Shown: positions 39,575 through 52,118 of the stretch, in pieces
Position numbering within the stretch: position 1 is the first letter of the stretch
Layout of the letters: each line of letters starts with the position of its first letter
Assembly (NCBI GenBank): GCA_951406725.2
Contig: OX597820.1
Coordinates: forward strand, 64,170,001 to 64,234,000
Direction of reading: 5' to 3'
Length of the DNA stretch: 64,000 nucleotides
From: Octopus vulgaris
Lineage: Eukaryota
Notes under the pieces: generated by a model
What the model was told of the DNA's origin: nothing
Databases searched by the model: none
Seen by the model: the letters and a program-made list of their open reading frames with translations, nothing else
Position numbers and translations under genes: made by a program

Positions 39575-39846
39575 ATAATAATAATAGCAATAATAATGAT
39601 GATGGTGATGATACTGATGATGATTTTGATGAGAAGAAAAAGAAGAAGGAGGAGGAGGAGAATAAGAAAAAGTAGTAGTAGTAGTAGTAGTAGAAAGAAG
39701 AAGAAGAAGAAGAAGAAGAAGAAGAAGAAGAAGAAGAAGAAGAAGATGAAGAAGAAGAAGAAGATGAAGAAGAAGAAAAGAAGAAGAAGAAGAAGAAGAA
39801 GAAGAAGAAGAAGAAGAAGAAGAAGAAGAAGAAGAAGAAGAAGAAG
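39575..39846. repeat. compound trinucleotide array (TAA/GAT/GAG/TAG then ~50 GAA)
   Basis: Direct reading. Source of the poly-S/poly-K/poly-F ORFs. Confidence 0.95.
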
Positions 39847-40704
39847 CCATACTTCTTCGATAATTGCATACGTAGAATATTACATTGCACAGTAAAAATT
39901 ACACCAACCGACTAGAACAAAATGAATGATTAAATATTGCATTTATTCATATAGAAAGAAGATAGAAAGATCACGGCCTCAATGGTTTTCATACCATGTT
40001 TGCCAAATCAGAGCTGATCTGTGTCTAAATAACAACTAGACGAATTTTATGATACTACACTTATCTAACATCGGATAACTTTTATTCATAAATCTAATAT
40101 ATAGAGTGCATTTTCGCCAGTCCGACCTTTTAGCGATCTGGAGAGTGGAAGATTATCAAATTTGACTGTCTAATGAAACTCTGTCTAATAAATCATTAAA
40201 AATCATGTTTCCAACCAAACCAGGGTAATCGTTTATGTAACTATCTTTTACCAGGCTTCATATTTACGAACGTCATGCCGTAATTTAAAGTTTTCAACTT
40301 CTCCAATATAAATCTCTCAAATCCATGCAACGCCGATATCTTCGTACAATGCTTGCCTTTCTTTGTGACCAGTGGTCTTTAAATCACAACACGCTCGGAT
40401 TACTTTGCACTAAAGCTCTGCATCTAGTTTCGAAAGCATTGATTTATTTGGAACTATGTTGCACATTACCACCTTTATTAGTATCTGAATCATGCACAAA
40501 TTGCATTAAGTAATCCTTTGGTTACTTAATGTCCTAAACTTTTACATACTCTTGTTATACACCCATGCTGAAGATTACCGCTCCCATCTCCTTCCCAAAG
40601 GTGCTTTATTAAAATTTCTGTGTGTATCATGAGAGTTCCATTGCCTTGTTTTAGTACCTTCATTAATCTGATTCTGTTATCATTATTTCTTTCTGGTAAC
40701 GCAC

Positions 40705-40882
40705 CGGATAGATTGCTAAGCGGCAATACTTCCGTCTCACTGTTCTGATTTCAAATGCCTGATTTGTCTTTCATCGTTTTGGCTGTCGACAAAATAAGTA
40801 CCAGTTGAAAACTGGGGTCGACATAACCCATTAATCCCATCCATCGAACTTACTGGCCTAGTACCAAAATTTGAAACCAATA
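40705..40882 (+). mobile_element. Nin/Deu-domain SINE (family C)
   Basis: tttgtctttcatcgttttggctgtcgacaaaataagtaccagttg...ctggggtcgac...ccaaaatttgaaacc. A minus-strand head fragment follows at ~40945-41032. Confidence 0.7.
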
Positions 40883-41560
40883 TTTGTTACAGTTGTAGAT
40901 AAAAAATTATCGATTCCGGAGCGATGAACATCAAATTAGACCTCAGGAGTATTTGAACCCAAAGACTATAATCGGATGAAATGCGGCGAAGAATTACTGC
41001 CTGGTGTGCTAACGTTTCTGCTAGCTGACCTCTTAGGTTTCGTTACTAATGTTTGAAGATATTTTGAAAGAAAGGAACTAAAATATATAAGATCAGTACA
41101 GATACAAAACATTCTCAGCGCTACCCACATCTCTTAACAACTTGAAAATAAATAATGACGGGATGACGTCGGTCAAAGAGAGACTTTTGCAAAGAGAAAA
41201 AATTATGAATCGAAGAAAAGATGTAACGCACTATCAAACCTAGTACACTGTTGCCAACACTACTGAATATAAGTGATTTGTTTTAATGTACAAAAGTTGG
41301 TATGTTTGAAACTACACTAAACCTGTTATGTAAACACACAAAGAAAAAAGAGCTTCTAATTGGTCACTCTAATTGCTAGAAATATTTCCCACTAAAATAA
41401 CGGTAGAATATGTGTGATGATGTGTTTGAGGTAATATTGTGTCATAAAATTAATGTTTTCACTTACCATATAACCGTTTTCTTGATACTTTTTTTCAATC
41501 AAATAATAGGCTACTCGCATGAAATATATCAGCAATATCATAAATATATTTCAAACAAGT

Positions 41561-41678
41561 TGATAATGATGAAAACAGGAGCATCTCCTCGTAAATGGAG
41601 TAATGCAAATTAATTCAATGTTGTTCGCCTCATCATTTTAAATAAATAATTCGCTTAGTTAACTATTTTATTTACCGT
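41561..41678 (+). repeat. ~120 bp diverged direct repeat, copy 1 (copy 2 at 43828-43944)
   Basis: Shared tgataatgatg...aatgttgtt..cctcatca.tttaa.taaataattcgcttagttaactatttt. Confidence 0.8.
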
Positions 41679-42825
41679 TGAATATTTCAAACAACGTGGA
41701 AGATGAATACGATTTCTTTCTCTTCGAGTTGTCTTCAAAAGCAGTTATTAATTAGGATTGGTTAACGTATCGTATCGTCGTCATTATCATTAGTATTTTT
41801 TTGTGTTGGTTGTTTCTGTTAGCCTTTGGTCCTGAGCCGTACTATGAACAAAGTGTTCAAGATATGGAGGGATTGAATTAATTAAAAAAAATTTTTTCAT
41901 GTAAAATAATAAATTCTGTCTGTCTGGGACCTCAGTATCTCAGGTTACATTTGCTCTACATAGATACAGTAACCCTTTTGGAGTCAGAGTGATCTCGGGA
42001 TTGAAAATCTGCCCTTCGTTTGGTTTTTGAACATCCAGTTTTGAGATCAATTGGGTTGCTACTTCTAGCAGGTAAAACTTGGCTGATTCACGCCATCTTG
42101 GTTTGCCTTTGTGAAATGGTGTCAAAAATCGAGGTGGAGACAGATGACATACACTTCGTTAATTTTGCGTGGAGATAAGATCTTTAAAACAAATTAGCCA
42201 ACAGGTGGAATTCAACTTGCGACTGAAACAATAAAATGATTGCATTACAAAATCAATTCTCATCCGTCCTTAACCTCTGATCAAACACCACCGGGGCAAA
42301 TAGTCATTATAGATGTATTACAATCAAGTCATGCTATTTAGCTCTCTTTAGTTTTAGATCGCAGGCCCAATTAGCCTTCCGCAGGAGCTAGCTGAAAAGT
42401 CTGCGCAGTGTGCAGCTTCTAAGCTAGTTTGTCCAGAGCTAGAATTACTTCCCTTGCTTTCTGAAAAAAAAAAGAAATATGGCGTCATTTTAAGAAAGAT
42501 TTTGCTGCCATTTCTTGTTTTCAACTAAAATGTAGCTACTATATCTTTGATTCGTTGTATGGTCAATATACCTGATATATATTACCGGTGTTGTCCATGT
42601 CGTATAACCGTAGTTTTGATAATATTGAACACAGCTTTCACAGTAGCGAACGTTTAATATTTGATCATACGTAGTAATAATAGGGATAAATCACTCAATA
42701 TCTCTTTCTTTATTGTTGTCAATAGATAGTGTGATTTGAGTTTCATAGAGCCACTATTTCTCAAATAGGTGACATCGTAGGCGATCTCTCTTTTAAACGA
42801 TGCATTAAAGCTCTTACAATAATTA

Positions 42826-43351
42826 CCGTAAATCTTCTAGTATAATCCGCTTTTTTTCCCAAAATTTACATGCCAAAATCCCTAGTGCGTACTATATACG
42901 AGGGTAAATTAAAAATGAAACATATTTTCTAAGCAATGTCCGAGTCTCTATTTGCTCTCCGGCAATGTTTATTCAAACGCATTTTGTGATGTCGGGTGCG
43001 AAAATACCTTACACTAAGCTTGAAAGTAATGAAGACCTAAAAGAATCATCCATAACTTGCAGTAAGCAGCATTTATTAAAATATAAGTATTCAGAACACA
43101 GAAAAAACATGTAACAAAAACAATTTGTAAACATATTTACATTCCCATGTAACAGTTAAGAACATCACAATTATTCTATTACGCATGAGGGAAAGTATTT
43201 GTTCGACTAGGTGCTGCTGGCTAATTACGAACGACTCAAGTTAGAGGAGGGGTGCGTATTATATACAAGGTTTAGATTTTTCAGAGGTACAGCCCCCTAA
43301 AAATCCCCTGCGTATTATACTCAAGGGCGGACTATACTCAAGGATTTACGG
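42826..43351. mobile_element. pogo/Tc2-like non-autonomous DNA transposon (~526 bp)
   Basis: TA-flanked TIRs ccgtaaatcttctagtataatccgc / gcggactatactcaaggatttacgg, with internal repeats of gcgta(c/t)tata. Confidence 0.85.
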
Positions 43352-43489
43352 TATTTTTGTTTTCTTAAATCTATAATCAACAGTCATTCAACTGATATAT
43401 GCTGAGATGTTTCCTGCTCACCAACGCGAGCTTAAACTTAAATTTTCAGCCATGAATTAACTTGAAAATATTATTTTTTTTAAAATGCG

Positions 43490-43733
43490 CCCTTTTAAAG
43501 CATTGCCATGCGCATGGGCCAGGTTTCCCCGTTTCTATGGCGTAAGTGTTCCCCAGCTGGACGGGACACCAGTCCATCGCAGTGTTACTTATTTTTGCCA
43601 GCTGAGTGGACTGGAGCAACGTGAAATGAAGTGTTTTGCTCAAGAACACAACGCGTCGCCCGGTCCAGGAATCGAAACCACAATCTTGCGATCATGGTGC
43701 TGACACCCAAACCACTAAGCCAGGCGCTTCCAC
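43490..43733 (-). mobile_element. tRNA-derived SINE, family B2
   Basis: Head gtggaagcgcctggcttagtgg...ggtttcgattcc; body ctccagtccactcagctg; V-domain-like gcgatggactggtgtcccgtccag; tail gaaacggggaaacctggccc. Confidence 0.85.
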
Positions 43734-44453
43734 GAAAATATTATTTACAGAACCTTATTTTCTGAGGAAGCGAGAGTATGATTTCAAGAAATATGTCACC
43801 AATTTCATAAATTTATTTTAACCAATTTGATAATGATGCAAATAGAAGCAACTCTTTGTATCTGGTGTAACGTAAGTTAATTTAATGTTGTTTACCTCAT
43901 CACTTTAACTAAATAATTCGCTTAGTTAACTATTTTATTTAACGATGAAGAAGTAAGATGATTGCGTAAAAAGAGACATAAGTGAAAATAGGTTGAAAAA
44001 AATTATATAAATAGCAGTGGAGCAAGATTATTAACTGACCTCCAGAATGGCAAAAGGACTTCGGCTAGAATAAGAAGAAAATTAAAAAGAAACATTCAGA
44101 TCATTCATGAACTGACATTTGTAAATGATTTTTATCAAAAGCTTGAGACAACCATCTATAACGATCAGTTTGATATAAATCCATATTGAAAGCGTTTACA
44201 CATGCTTATGTATACGAGTGTACATGTGTGTTTAGGTATGTTTTTGTGTCTGCTTGTGTATGTGTGTGAGGCCTAGTTTGCGTATGCGTGTGTGAGTGTG
44301 TGCGCGTGTGCGTAGTTGTGCATCCAAAACATCGTACACTGATTGTCTCAAAATGTATATGTAAAAAGATGAGTTTTTATGTGTATACTTAAATATGTAT
44401 ATACGTTCACATACATATACCGATACGTGCATATACATACATACATACATACG

Positions 44454-44485
<32 letters not shown>

Positions 44486-44583
44486 TATATATATACATAT
44501 CTATATATATATATATATGTGTGTGTGTGTATTTGTGCGTGCGTGTGTGCGTGTATGTGTGCAGTGGCATATATAAATATATG

Positions 44584-44663
<80 letters not shown>

Positions 44664-44719
44664 ATATATATATATATACAGATACATACAGAGAGAGAGA
44701 GAGAGAGAGAGAAGAGGGC

Positions 44720-45144
44720 GGAAGAGACATTACATACGTATGTATATGTGCGTTTGTGCGTTTGTGCGTTTGTGCTTAAATTAAAGAAGTAGAAATATAT
44801 ATTTCTCGAATACTTCAAGAATATATTGTTGGAAAGTTCAGAAAAATGCCCTATGAATTTGAATGTAATATCGGATTATGTCATTTCGGGAGCTGTAATA
44901 TAATAATATAACAATGGAAACAAGACACATGGAAGAGACATTACATACGTATGTATATGTGCGTTTGTGCGTTTGTGCGTTTGTGCTTAAATTAAAGAAG
45001 TAGAAATATATATTTCTCGAATACTTCAAGAATATATTGTTGGAAAGTTCAGAAAAATGCCCTATGAATTTGAATGTAATATCGGATTATGTCATTTCGG
45101 GAGCTGTAATATAATAATATAACAATGGAAACAAGACACATGGA
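44720..45144 (+). repeat. identical 211 bp tandem duplication
   Basis: 44720-44930 and 44931-45141 match with no mismatch seen; GGA microhomology at the junctions. Confidence 0.95.
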
Positions 45145-45588
45145 TATAAATTATGGATAATGTATTAAATTTAATATATATTAATGTGTGCGTATGTATG
45201 TATGTATGCATGTGTTTATATATTGTTGGCGACATAAAAATTATACTGTTTCGAAGGAATGCGAAAGAATAATTTTTTAGAATTGGTTCTCGAAGTACAT
45301 TAATGCAATAAATAATAGCATGTAAATATTAGGGGGGAAATCTTTGGGGATAGAAAACGCCAAATAAGATCTAGGTTCGTATTCGACTTTGACATTTACT
45401 GTCTAACAGGGGTTTTCAACCGAATGTACTTCAAGAACATTTCCAAAATATATGTCTATATACATAAATACATTATATGCGTGTGTATGTGTATGCATAC
45501 ATATATGTACACATATATATTTATATATACATATATATACATATATATATATACATATATATGCATATATATGTATATATATATATAT

Positions 45589-45626
<38 letters not shown>

Positions 45627-45767
45627 GCTTATAGCGGTCACCGTGCAAATGATTAAAGAAAACGCTCTAATAATGGGTCATATAAGCCCTCGACAGAAAT
45701 AAGGTAGTAAAAAGTACGGGAAAGCGTCATCCCTTATCATACGCATGTATAATATATAGATAGATAT

Positions 45768-45847
<80 letters not shown>

Positions 45848-45859
45848 GTCTTTAATCGT

Positions 45860-46205
45860 TTATGAAAGACTTTAGTCGAGGGAATCGATTCCTGCGCTTA
45901 TTATTTTAGAAAAAAGCTACTTATTCTATTCTTATCTTTCTTGGAACCGCTAACTTACGGGGACGTAACCACACTTAAACCGGTTGTCGAGTGTTGGTGC
46001 GCGACAGACACATGCACAAATACACACACATATTTGGACATATACAACAGAATCCTTTTAGTTTCTGTCAACTAATTCCACTCATAAAGCTATAGTCAGT
46101 CCGAGTCTAATAATAGAAATCGCTTGTCCCAGGTTCCGTACAGTGAGACTAAACCCCGAACCATGAGGCTGGAAATCGAACTTCTTCACACACAGCCCCG
46201 CCTCC
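45860..46205 (-). mobile_element. older SINE family A copy
   Basis: tttagtcgag...gaaccgctaacttacggggacgtaac...cagtgagactaaaccccgaaccatg. Confidence 0.8.
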
Positions 46206-46689
46206 ACCCATGTGCCGAAATCGACGTTAATACACCAGCAAACCACACCATACTGAAGCTACGTTTTTTCAGGATATTTTAACATATAAAAGCACAGTTT
46301 GTAACTTGTGCATTATACCACCACCATTTGACTAACCTTATTCGCTTATCTCCTGAGACATTGGTCAATTTATATCTAAGATCACCTTTGGCCTACATAT
46401 ATTTCGGCCATGTTTGTACTGAAATATACGTGTGTATGCGTGTGTGTGCATGCGTGTGTGTGTCAGTGTGTGCGTGTTTGCGTATGTTTACGTGTGACTG
46501 TCTGTGAGTTTATAATGTCCCATATATTTGTGAGGTTGATTTTCCTAGCCACATATGTGACAATGAAACAAACGTGTGTTTCGTGTGCGTATATATGTGT
46601 GTGCAAATGTGTGGTGTGCTCGTGTATGTGCGTTTGGTGTGCGATTGTGTGTGTTTGTGTTGTAGGTTTTCTTTCGTGTGTGTGTGTGT

Positions 46690-46748
<59 letters not shown>

Positions 46749-47093
46749 TGTGTCTAGTGACAGTAAAAATATCTTTGTATTGAAATTCTATCAAATATAT
46801 CTACCGCCTTGTATGTCTATCTTTATCTATCGCACATCTAAAATTCAATATATTTCGTCATGAACACTCTTCCTCCTAGTCTCACTTGCTCTCTTTCACT
46901 CTCTTGTCGAGTCATTCTCACCCTATATCTCTCTCTCCTTTTCTATCGCTCGCTCTCCTTTCCTCTTAACTGCGCAACTTACTGAAAATTTTTGTTCAAT
47001 TTCTATATGTCCATATCGCATTTCCTGTATATGTCTATACATCCAATTATCTGTATAGTAATATATCAAGATATTCACCATAAGTACATACGT

Positions 47094-47139
<46 letters not shown>

Positions 47140-48787
47140 ACATATACACACACATACGTGACGTTGTAGGGAAGTGGTGGACGCTGTACGCGTGCATATA
47201 TGTATATACACTCGCAAGCATATGCATTTATGAAACAATTTGTGTTAGGTATCTGAGTTGCTAAGTTGCTTTCTTTTTAACAAAATATATTACTTTACAT
47301 AACCTTTTCGAATATTGCATATTATTTGGTATTATTTATGAAGCCTGGTGGTGTACTCACACATGTACACATTTATGAAGCCACACACACTCGTATAAAT
47401 ATATATGCTTGTATGAATATATGTATTTTGTTATATATGTGTGTGTGTGTGTACGTGTGTATATATGTATGTTAGTGTGTACGTGTTTATACATCGATTT
47501 AATATATATATATATATATATATCCCATATATAAATATGAATATATGCCGGATATTTGAAAAATTTATATTCATTTTATATATATTTAATTACATATCAC
47601 ATGTATTGTCGCATTTAATTCATCGCATGTCTTGCAAATATAAGTCAACTCCACGATTTGGCCTTAAGCACTTTGCAACAGGGCTTTCGAAAATTGTTCA
47701 TGATATTTCGCCCAAGTAATCATAGTTCCTTTCATTTTCTGTCCTCACTTGCCTTTTGCTGTTGATAAAAATTTTGGTTTCCTTGAATATTTCTACATTT
47801 TGCTCTCGTTTTGTAAAATAAGTAATTTTTTTATATCATGCGAATGAAGAACAAATATGTCAGCGTTTTGGGGGTTGATTATAGACGTATGTGGCAAATC
47901 GAATGTACATGACTGTACGTGTAGAAGATAATATATGCCAATGAAGAGAGGAATAATCCTTTTATAAAAAAAAATTGCAGATTGTTACATGAATAAAAAT
48001 TTTCCAAAACCAATGAACGGCAAATAAAAATATAGCGAGAAAGACATGGAGTTCGAGAGAAAGAGGGGTGAAGATGGGCGAGAGAGTCACACAGAGAGGG
48101 ACAGAGAGTGACATACAGATAGAGACAAAGAGATTGCGTCAACTGAAGGGCATTGAAGGAAAAGAATATCGAAGTTGAAACTACCGTCAACTTCTACAAC
48201 TTCTCCCATTGCAGTTCAACCGAAGCTCACCTGCAAGGATAGCGTATACAAACCGATCGCTTGATAGGTTACGAATTTACGTGTTTTATACCGAAGAGAT
48301 ACGGTGCTGAAGACGAAAGAACTACGTCTTCTAAACAAGACAACCTCAGCTTGTTACAACAAGTAACAGTTACACTGCTGTCGATTTATAAGCATGAGTA
48401 GAAGATGCAGAATAGAAATATAGGAATAAGGCTAAATACAAACAAGATAGGACTAAATACAAACAAGCAAGAAGTCAGAAATGTCTTGCAATATCGCGGC
48501 CACCAGTCTGGAAATGTGATGTTCATTGTTGTTCTTTACAATAACAATCGACACCCCAATTTGATTGGTGAACCTCAAGGACAATAAAATGTATATGAGC
48601 TTATTAAAAGCAGGATGCGAATCGCATGCACTATACGAAATAAATCCGTCATTAAAAAGATGTAAAGAGTCTACCAAAACTCTGAATATCAGAAAGGTTT
48701 AAAGCTTGCGGCAGGGACAGTTAATAGCACATATGTAGGTGAAACCCCTTAGTAATTTAGTTATAAGTACGGATTATATATATATTC

Positions 48788-49198
48788 GCAAAGGCTGAAA
48801 CCGGTACTATAATGTTCTTCATGATAAAATTATTTAAGCATTTTCAACCTTGTCTTATTTATAGATAAAGAAAATAAGACAAGGTTGAAAATTCTCAAAT
48901 AATTTTATCATGAAGAACATTAGAGTACCGGTTTCAGTCTTCGCTAATTTTTCATCTTAGAGTGAAGCATGAAAAACAATTAAATTGTGGAAAAATTAAA
49001 TGAAATGTTTTTTCAAGATATATACAAAGTTTTTAAATGAAAGGAATATTTTCCTTTTTTCTGTCTATCTCTCTTTTTTAATCATGTGCGGTCTTGGTAG
49101 GAGGTTTTACCACTCCTAATATTTGATACGAGTTCTTGGTTTTGATTGTTTAAGCAGCAGTAGTAGCTGAGAAAGGAGTCGTTGAAGAAGAAGAAGAA

Positions 49199-49239
<41 letters not shown>

Positions 49240-50790
49240 AGTAGAAGAAGAAGAAGAAGAAGAAGAAGAAGAAGAAGAAGAAGAAGAAGAATGCGGAAGT
49301 GGTATGGCTGTAGTAAGATATTGATGGGATCCTCTTACATGATCAAGTGAGATGAAAGTGACCCGTTGTGGTTGTAATAGTAGTGATTAGAATTGTTCTG
49401 AATAAATTCATGTATAGTGACTGTTCTGAATATATCGTTTTAAATATTTGCGTGGGTATTGTTATAAGGCCATTGTAATAGTGTCGTTTGTATTGGACGC
49501 ATTCAAAATGGGTTTATATTTTGTAGTAAAACATCACTCTTTACTAATGCGCTGACTACAAGTTGCATTGTCCCTGAATTTATAGAGGGAAAAAATTCAA
49601 AAGCTGTGTTGCTTTGACACAAATGTCGATATGTTCGCTGAACGCTATTTTTCTGTACTCACAAATTTTGATCTGGGATCTATGTAGAGCAATCCTTTGA
49701 CGTAGACTATATTTGGTTTGACCTATGTATTGCTCTTAGCACCCAGAACAAGTTAATACATATATTAGGTGCTCTGAAGCACATATGAAATTTTTGTCTC
49801 TACAAAACGTTGACCCTGTTTGAAAGAGAACTCCGATCCCTCAATTAGCTTGACGAATATACCACAGTTAGGTTTTGTTGCTGTCGAGCGTATTTGGGCT
49901 TGCGTTAGGAGACTTTTCATATATTTGGGTTGTCTTTTGTCTCTTTATGAGTGCGTTTGGAGGATTAAACTCATTCTGTGGTCCCTGTTTCGTAGAGGAA
50001 TGTTCTGGAGGATGGTGTCGAAGGTTTCATTGTTGAGAGTGTTGTGTTTGGAGATGTATGGTAGGGCTTTTGGGTTGTAAATCCTTCTTTAATTTGAAAT
50101 GTCTGAGTTCGTGGATATTCATTGTAGGGCACGTTGAAAGCATACATCAATTAGTGATGGTGGATCATTCCTGGTAATGAGTGTATCCTTTAGTGCATAT
50201 AGTCTTGTTATCTGGTGCATATATTACAAACTATAGAACAATTATTTTTTGCTAAGTTGAAAGAGATATCCATTCTAGAGAGGTCTGGGGTGGCATGAGT
50301 TGAACGATAGATAATGCTTGAAGTCCGAGGGCTTCTAGTATATATCTGTTTCTATTTTGTTATTACATTTTTTAATGAGGTTGTCGAGGAATGGAAGTTG
50401 TTGATTCGTAAATTGATTGTTTAAATCAAGTTCATTTGCAAGTGCTTCAAATTCTTTAACTCTCTCTATACTTTCATACCAACGAATGAAACTGTCTTCC
50501 AGATACCTCTTCCAGTTTCTTTTTTTTTCTATGTAGAGGGAGAATGGTTTGCCGTATATTTCTAGAACCTTACGATAAAGAATTCTTTCTCGATACCCAT
50601 GACTAGGTTAGCAAAAAAGGGAAGAAAGAGGCGAGGAATAAAGTAAGAAAGCTATATTTGAAAAATATTTCATTTAATTTTTCCAAAATTTAATTGTTCT
50701 TCATGCATTACTCTAATTTGAAAACGTCACTAAAATGTTCTTCATGATGAAATTATTTTGGCATTTTCTACCTTGTCTAATTTTCCTTAT
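48788..50790 (-). mobile_element. Penelope-like element (RT C-half plus GIY-YIG) with inverted pseudo-LTR copies
   Basis: Minus strand WKRYLEDSFI (YLDD-derived, ~50500), QLPFLD (~50390), YLSFNSCHP and NLIYVLTCSGC...YIGQT (~49720-49770). pLTR at 48872-49025 with inverted copies at 50652-50790 and 48788-48860. Confidence 0.9.
49184..49290. repeat. (GAA)n microsatellite inside the PLE
   Basis: Direct reading. Confidence 0.95.
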
Positions 50791-51095
50791 ACGTATCAGC
50801 TCGTGTGTTCCTTTTCAACCTTCTACATATAAATGGGTGTCTGTGAATGTGTGTGTGTGTATATATTTGACAAGCTCGAGAAACGAGCGAAAGCGGTAAT
50901 AATAATAACAATGAAAAAATAAAAAAGTTATTTTCCCCCAAATTCTGACGCATTTTTTTTTTTCAGTATTCGATTTTTGTTCTAATACATAGATATATGA
51001 ATGGAAGAAATTCCAGCACACTGATTTTTACGTTTTATTATTTGCAATTTTTACACTTTTACAATGTATATATGTATGTAATCTCTATCTTTCTC

Positions 51096-51197
<102 letters not shown>

Positions 51198-51230
51198 CAC
51201 GCACAAACACACACTCACACACACACACAG

Positions 51231-51285
<55 letters not shown>

Positions 51286-52107
51286 CGAGGTCGCAAAATA
51301 AGTGTCCGGAGTGTTGCCATAGTAACGGACCTAAAGCAGGTAGCGTAAAGCTGCGTTGCGGAAATTTATCTAGATCTCTGCTGTGCATGTTATAATGCCC
51401 TATCTCATTCCCCCTGTTTACAGCAGTGCTTGGACACGAACGTGTGTAACGTGTGATCGTTGCATTAACCACGATAGAAGTTGTCATGGTAATATCTGCT
51501 CATAGGTCTACGCGAAATTGCAAGTATACGAGTAGTTCCAACGCTTCAAAGATGGCCGAAAAATGTTGATATCAACGAACATCCTGGGAGACCCGCAACC
51601 AGCAGAACTGAGGAAAACATCGCAGCTATGTGTGCAGCTCTAAGGGAAAATCTTTGAATCACCATCTGTGATTTATAAGAGGATGTGCAGATTAGTTACG
51701 GTTAAGTTCAATCCATTATCACTGAAGAATCGGGTATCAGATACGTGTCTACCAAGTTTGTGCTTTCAATGGAAAACACTCGGTGCTCAGTTGCACAAGA
51801 AGTCTTTGATTATGTGGAGGACAATGAAAGCATTTTGAAAGTTTGCGTAGGACTCTGAACAGGTACCGACAAGCTTTTGACAAAATTTGATGCAGAATTT
51901 CTGCTCAACATAATCTGTCATGCTCGATGCAGCGATCACACGATACACACCTTCCTTCCAAGCACTGCTTAAACAAAGAAGATAAAGTTAGAGATTAAAG
52001 CGCATGCACAACAGAGAGTAAGGTCAATGTATGCCAAGCAGTTTTACCCTACATGCTTCAGGTTCGTTACTGTAGCAATAGTCCCGATACATATTGATCA
52101 AACCACG
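51286..52107 (+). mobile_element. non-autonomous mariner derivative with inverted duplication of its 5' end (foldback)
   Basis: Centre encodes FKDGRKNVDINEHPGRPATSRTEENI...RYVSTKFV. 51830-52107 is an inverted copy of the left end and reads MTDYVEQKFCIKFCQKL on the minus strand. Confidence 0.8.
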
Positions 52108-52118
52108 TGAGGTGTATA

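Noticed and set aside
39558-39895. Poly-Ser, poly-Lys, poly-Arg and poly-Phe ORFs
   Set aside because: Translations of the (GAA)n array.
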